A program made the translations under genes and the position numbers. Positions 58,101 to 64,000 of a stretch of 64,000 nucleotides of DNA are shown here, one piece after another. The stretch's first letter is position 1; each line of letters opens with the position of its first letter. The notes below the pieces were generated by a model that saw only the letters and a list, made by a program, of their open reading frames with translations, searched no databases and was not told the DNA's origin. Source of the DNA: the human T2T-CHM13v2.0 reference genome, Homo sapiens; assembly GCF_009914755.1 (NCBI RefSeq), contig NC_060933.1. The stretch is one strand, 5' to 3'.

Positions 58101-58897
58101 TTATTCATTTCCATTCCATTCCATTCAATTGCAATCGAGTTGATTCCATTGTTTTGCACTCCATTCCATTCCATTCCATTCCGGATGATTCCATTCCATT
58201 GCATTCCATTCCATTCCATTCCCCTGCACTCGGGTTGATTCCATTCCATTCCACTCCATTCCGTTCCATTCCATTCCATTCCATTGTATTCGGGTTAATT
58301 CCATTCCATTCCATTCCATTCCATTCAATTCCATTCCATTCCATTCCATTACAATCGAGTTGATTCCATTCCATTCCATTCCATACAATTCTATTCCATT
58401 CCATTCCATTCCATTCCATTCCATTCCAATCCGTTCCGTTCCGTTCCATTCCATTCCATTCCATTCCGGCTGATTCCATTCCATTGAATTCCATTCCATT
58501 CCATTCCCCTGCACTTGGGTTGATTCCATTCCATTCCATTCCATTCCTTTCCGTTCCATTCCATTCCATTGCATTCCATTCTATTCGTGTTATTTCCATT
58601 CCATTCTATTCCATTCCATTCCATTGAAATCGAGTTGATTCCGTTCCATTCCATTCCATTCCATTCCATTCCATTCCGGATGATTCCATTCCATTGCATT
58701 CAAGTCCATTCCATTCCCCTGCAATCGGGTTGATTACATTCCATTCCATTCCCTTCCATTCCTTTCCATTCCATTCCATTCCATTCTATTCGTGTTAATT
58801 CCATTCTATTCCACTCCATTCCATTCCATTCCATTCCATTCCATTCCATTCCATTCCATTGCAATCGAGTTGATTCCATTCCATTCCATTCCATTCC
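49136..58897 (+). repeat. Long direct repeat, copy 2
   Basis: Partner of 1-9762 at offset 49,135 (e.g. ORFs 49239..49784 and 58391..58699). Confidence 0.93.
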
Positions 58898-59638
58898 GTT
58901 CCGGATGATTCCATTCCATTGCATTCCATTCCATTCCATTCCCGTGCAGTCTGGTTGATTCCATTCCATTCCATTCCATTCCATTCCGATCCATTCCATT
59001 CCATTCCATTCCATTCTATTCGGGTAAATTCCATTCCATTCCATTCCATTCCATTCCATTCCATTCAAATTCCATTGCACTCCATTCCAATCGAGATGAT
59101 TCCATTCCATTCCATTCCATTCCATTCCATTCCACTCCATTCCAGTCCTTTCCATTCCATTCCACTCGGGTTGATTCCATTCTATTCATATACATTCCAT
59201 TCCATTCCATTGCAATCGAGTTGATCGAATTGTTTTGCATTCCGTTCCATTCCATTCCATTCCGGATGATTCCATTCCATTGCATTCCATTCCATTCCAT
59301 TCCCCTGCACTCGGGTTCATTCCATTCCATTCCACTCCATTCCATTCCATTCCATTCCATTCCATTGTATTCGGGTTAATTCCATTCCATTCCATTCCAT
59401 TCCACTCCATTCCATTCCATTCCATTCCATTACAATCGAGTTGATTCCATTCCATTCCATTCCATACCATTCCATTCCATTCCATTCCATTCCATTCCAT
59501 TCCATTCCGTTCCATTCCGTTCCATTCCATTCCATTCCATTCTATTCGGGTTAATTCCATTCCTTTCCATTCCATTCTATTCCATTCCACTGCAATCGAG
59601 TTGAATCCATTGCATTTCATTCCATTCCATTCCATTCC

Positions 59639-62600
59639 ATTCCGGAAGATTCCATTCCATTGCATTCCATTCCATTCCATTCCCCTGCACTCGCGTTGAT
59701 TCCATTCCATTCTATTCCATTCCATTCCTTTCCATTCCATTCTGTTCCGTACCATTCCTTTCCATTCCATTCCATTCCATTCCATGCCGTTACGTTCCAT
59801 TCCATTCCATTTCATTCTATTCGGGTTAATTCCATTCCATTCCATTCGATTGCAATCGAGTTGATTCCATTCCATTCCATTCCATTCCATTGCATTCCAT
59901 TCCATTCCATTCCATTCCTTTCCATTCAATTACGGATGATTCCATTCCATTGCATTCCATTCCATTCCATTCCCCTGTACTCGGGTTGATTCCATTCCAT
60001 TCCATTCTAATCCACGCCATTCCACTTGTGTTGATTCCATTCTTTCCATTCCATTCAAGTTGAATGCATTCCATTGCATTCCATTCCATTCGATTCCATT
60101 CGATTGCACTCGGTTTGATTGCATTCCATTGCATTCCATTCCATTCTATTCCATTCCATTCCATTCCATTGAATTCCATTCCGTTCCATACCATTGCATT
60201 ACATTCGGATTGATTCTATTCAACTCCCTTACTCTCCATTACGTTCCATTCCATTCGGGTTGTTCCATTCCATTCCATTCCATTCCACTCCATTCCATTG
60301 CACTCGGGTTGATTCCATTCTATTCCATTCCATTCCATTCCATTCCGGAAGATTCCATTCCATTGCATTCCATTCCAATCCATTCCCCTGCACTCGCGTT
60401 GATTCCATTCCTTTCCATTCCATTCCACTCCATTCCATTCCATTCCTTTCCGTTCCATTCCATTCCATTCCATTCCATTCCATTCCATTCCGTTCCGTTC
60501 CATTCCATTCCATTCTATTCTATTCGGGTTAATTCCATTCCATTTCATTCGATTGCAATCGAGTTGATTCCATTCCATTCCATTCCATTCCATTCCATTC
60601 CATTACGGATTATTCCATTCCATTGCATTCCATTACATTCTATTCAATTCCATTCCGTTCCATTCCATTCCATTACATTCGGATTGATTCTATTCAACTC
60701 CCTTATCCTCCATTACATTCCATTCCATTGTGGTTGTTCCATTCCATTCCATTCCATTCCACTCCATTCCATTGCACTCGGGTTGATTCCATTCCATTCC
60801 ATTCCATTCCATTCCATTCCATTCCGGATGATTCCATTCCATTGCATTCCGTTCTATTACATTCCCCTGCACTTGCGCTGATTCCATTCCATTCCATTCC
60901 ATTCCATTCGATTCCATTCCATTCCAATTCGTTCCATTCCATTCTATTCCGTACCATTCCATTCCATTCCATACCATTCCATTCCATTGCATTCCATTCC
61001 ATTCCATTCCATTCCATTCCTTTCCGTTCCATTCCATTCCATTCCATTCCATTCCGTTCCGTTCCATTCCATTCCATTCCATTCCGTTCCGTTCCGTTCC
61101 GTTCCATTCCATTCCATTCCATTCCATTCTATTCGGGTTAATTCCATTCCATTCCATTCGATTGCAATCGAGTTAATTCCATTCCATTCCATTCCATTCC
61201 ATTCCTTTCCATTCCATTACGGATGATTCCATTCCATTGCATTCCATTCCATTCCATTCCCCTGTACTCGGGTTGATTCCATTCCATTCCATTCCAATCC
61301 ATGCCATTCCACTCGTGTTGATTCCATTCTTTCCATTCCATTCAAGTTGAATCCATTCCATTGCATTCCATTCCATTCGATTCCATTCGATTGCACTCGG
61401 GTTGATTCCATTCCATTGCATTCCATTCCATTCCATTCCATTCCATTCCATTCCGTTCCATTCCATTTCATTACATTCAGATTTATTCTATTCAATTCCC
61501 TTACACTCCATTATATTCCAATCCATTCTGGTTGTTTCCATTCCATTCCATTCCATTTCACTCCATTCCATTGCAGTCGGGTTGATTGCATTCCATTCCA
61601 TTCCATTGCATTCCATTCCATTCCATTCCGGATGATTCCATTCCATTGCATTCCATTCCATTCCATTCCCCTGCACTCGGGTTGATTTCATTCCATTCCA
61701 TTCCATTACATTCCGTTCCATTCCATTCCATTCCATTCGGATTGATTCTTTTCAATTCCCTTACACTCCATTACATTGCATTCCATTCGGGTAGTTTCCA
61801 TTCCATTCCATTCCATTCCTCTCCATTCCATTTCACTCGGGTTGATTCCATTCCATTCCATTCTATTCCATTCCATTCGATTCCATTCCATTCCATTCCA
61901 TTCCATTGTACTCGGGTTGATTCCATTCCATTGCATTCCATTCCATTCCATTCCATTCCATTGCATTCCATTCCGTTCCATTCTATTACATTCGGATTGA
62001 TTCTATTCAACTCCCTTACTCTCCATAACATTCCATTCCATTCGGGTTGTTCCTTTCCATTCCATTCCATTCCACTCCATTCCATTGCACTCGGGTTGAT
62101 TCCATTCCAATCCATTCCATTCCATTCCATTCCATTCCATTCCATTCCATTCCATTCCATTCCGGATGATTCCATTCCATTGCACTCCGTTCCATTACAT
62201 TCCCCTGCACTCGGGTTGATTCCATTCCATTCCATTCCATTCCATTCCATTCCATTCCATTCCATTCCATTCCAATTCTTTCCTTTCCATTCTATTCCGT
62301 ACCATTCCATTCCATTTCATACAATTCCATTCCATTCCATTCCATTCCATTCCATTCTGTTCCGTTCCGTTCAGTTCCGTTCCATTCCATTCCATTCCAT
62401 TCCATTCTATTCGGGTTAATTCCATTCCATTCCATTCCATTCCATTACTTTCCGTTCCATTCCATTCCATTCCATTCGGATTGATTCTATTCAATTCCCT
62501 TACACTCCATTACATTCCATTCCATTCGGGTAGTTTCCATTCCATTCCATTCCATTCCATTGTACTCGGGTTGATTCCATTCCATTGCATTCCATTCCAT

Positions 62601-63672
62601 TCCATTCCATTCCATTACATTCCGTTCCATTCCATTACATTCGGATTGATTCTATTCAATTCCCTTACACTCCATTACATTCCATTGCATTCCATTCCAT
62701 TCCATTCCATTTCGTTCCATTCCATTCTATTCCGTATCATTCCATTCCATTCCATTCCATTGCATTCCATTCCATTCCATTCCACTCGTGTTGATTTCAT
62801 TCCTTTCCATTCCATTCGGTTTGAAAGCATTCCATTCCATTCCATTCCATTCCATTCCATTCCATTCCATTCCATTGTACTCCGGTTGATTCCATTCCAT
62901 TGCATTCCATTCCATTCCATTCCATTCCATTCCATTCCGTTGCGTTCCATTCCATTACATTCGGATTGATTCTATTCAACTCCCTTATTCTCCATTACAT
63001 TCCATTCCATTCGGGTTGTTCCATTCCATTCCATTCCATTCCACTCCATTGCATTGCACTCGGGTTGATTCCATTCCATTCCATTCCATTCCATTCCATT
63101 CCATTCCGGATGATTCCATTCTATTGCATTCCGTTCCATTTCATTCCCCTGCACTCGCGTTGATTCCATTCCATTCCATTCCATTCCATTCAATTCCATT
63201 CCATTACAATTCGTTCCATTCCATTCTATTCCGTACCATTCCATTCCAATCCATACCATTCTATTCCATTCCATTCCATTCCATTCCATTCCATTCCATT
63301 CTATTCCATTCCATTCCATTCCATTCCGGATGATTCCATTCAATTGCATTCCGTTCCATTACATTCCGCTGCACTCGGGTTGATTCCTTCCCATTCCATT
63401 CCATTCTATTCCATTCCATTCCATTCCAATTCTTTCCTTTCCATTCTATTCCATACCATTCCATTCCATTTCATACAATTCCATTCCATTCCATTCCATT
63501 CCATTCCATTCCATTCCGTTCCTTTCCGTTCCGTTCCGTTCCATTCCATTCCATTCCATTCTATTCGCGTTAATTCCATTCCATTCCATTCCATTCCATT
63601 ATATTCCATTCCATTGCAATCGAGTTGAATCCATTGCATTCCATTCCATTCCATTCCATTCCGGAAGATTCC
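59639..63672 (+). promoter_or_regulatory. Candidate heat-shock elements in the distal dialect C region
   Basis: aTTCcgGAAgaTTCc starting at 59639, 60342 and 63658. Confidence 0.55.
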
Positions 63673-64000
63673 ATTCCATTGCATTCCATTCCATTCCATT
63701 CCCCTGCATTCGCGTTTATTCCTTTCAATTCCATTCCGTTCCATTCCATTCCATTCCGTTCCGCTCCATTCCATTCCATTCCATTCCATTCCATTCCATT
63801 CCGTTCCGTTCCGTTCCATTCCATTCTATTCCGTTCTATTCGGGTTAATTCCATTCCATTCCATTCGATTGCAATCGAGATGATTCCATTCCATTCCATT
63901 CCATTCCATTCCATTCCATTCCATTCCATTCCTTTCCATTACATTACGGATGATTCCATTCCATTGCATTCCATTCCATTCCATTCCCCTGTACTCGGGT

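Larger units (their letters stand above)
1..64000. repeat. Satellite III (HSat3) array, (CATTC)n with CAACCCGAGT-type interruptions; probably chr9q12-like
   Basis: CATTC/GGAAT pentamers run without a break across the window. Frequent interruptions (CACTCGGGTTGATT, CAATCGAGTTGATT, TATTCGGGTTAATT) match the classical satellite III consensus. No non-satellite sequence seen. The chromosome assignment is only inferred. Confidence 0.97.
24968..64000 (+). repeat. HSat3 block 3, C-rich (CATTC) strand on +
   Basis: Returns to gttgattccatt... at 24969 and stays in this orientation to the window end. Confidence 0.97.

Noticed and set aside
104-63929. Hundreds of ORFs encoding (MEWNG)n or (HSIPF)n, up to 324 aa (29044..30018)
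   Set aside because: Pure (GGAAT)n and (CATTC)n have no stop codon in any frame, and GGAAT repeats contain an ATG every 5 bp. The ORFs overlap in all six frames and contain no domain. Similar pentapeptide products are known from (TGGAA)n disease expansions, but nothing here indicates translation.
1-64000. CRISPR-like repeat/spacer appearance of marker words separated by variable tracts
   Set aside because: The 'spacers' are just pentamer runs rather than unique sequence, and there is no leader or cas gene.
1-64000. HSat2 assignment
   Set aside because: The dominant HSat2 CATTCGATTC/GATGAT periodic pattern is absent. Only scattered cattcgattcc words occur, and CATTCCATTC plus ACTCGGGTTG dominate.

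Overview
The whole 64-kb window is satellite III (HSat3) pericentromeric DNA of human or great-ape type: diverged (CATTC)n/(GGAAT)n pentamers punctuated by the classic CAACCCGAGT / ACTCGGGTTG 10-mers. I see no genes, RNA genes, transposons or CRISPR arrays, and all listed ORFs are artefacts of the stop-free pentamer. The array is internally structured. (i) It has two strand switches (~12286 and ~24968) bounding a ~12.7-kb inverted block. (ii) Bases 1-9762 recur apparently identically at 49136-58897 (offset 49,135). The breakpoint geometry suggests a ~49-kb tandem duplication unit that carries the inversion. (iii) There are three sequence 'dialects': A (3.38-kb = 2.4 + 0.98 kb unit), B (~1.5-kb unit forming a fold-back around junction 1) and C (~0.87-kb subunit mosaic). 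(iv) About 23 perfect 3-pentamer heat-shock elements are confined to dialect C. The closest known match is the inversion-rich chr9q12 HSat3 array, but that assignment is inference. All comparisons were made by eye and from the ORF track, not by alignment. I cannot demonstrate a new biological system; the best leads are structural and regulatory.
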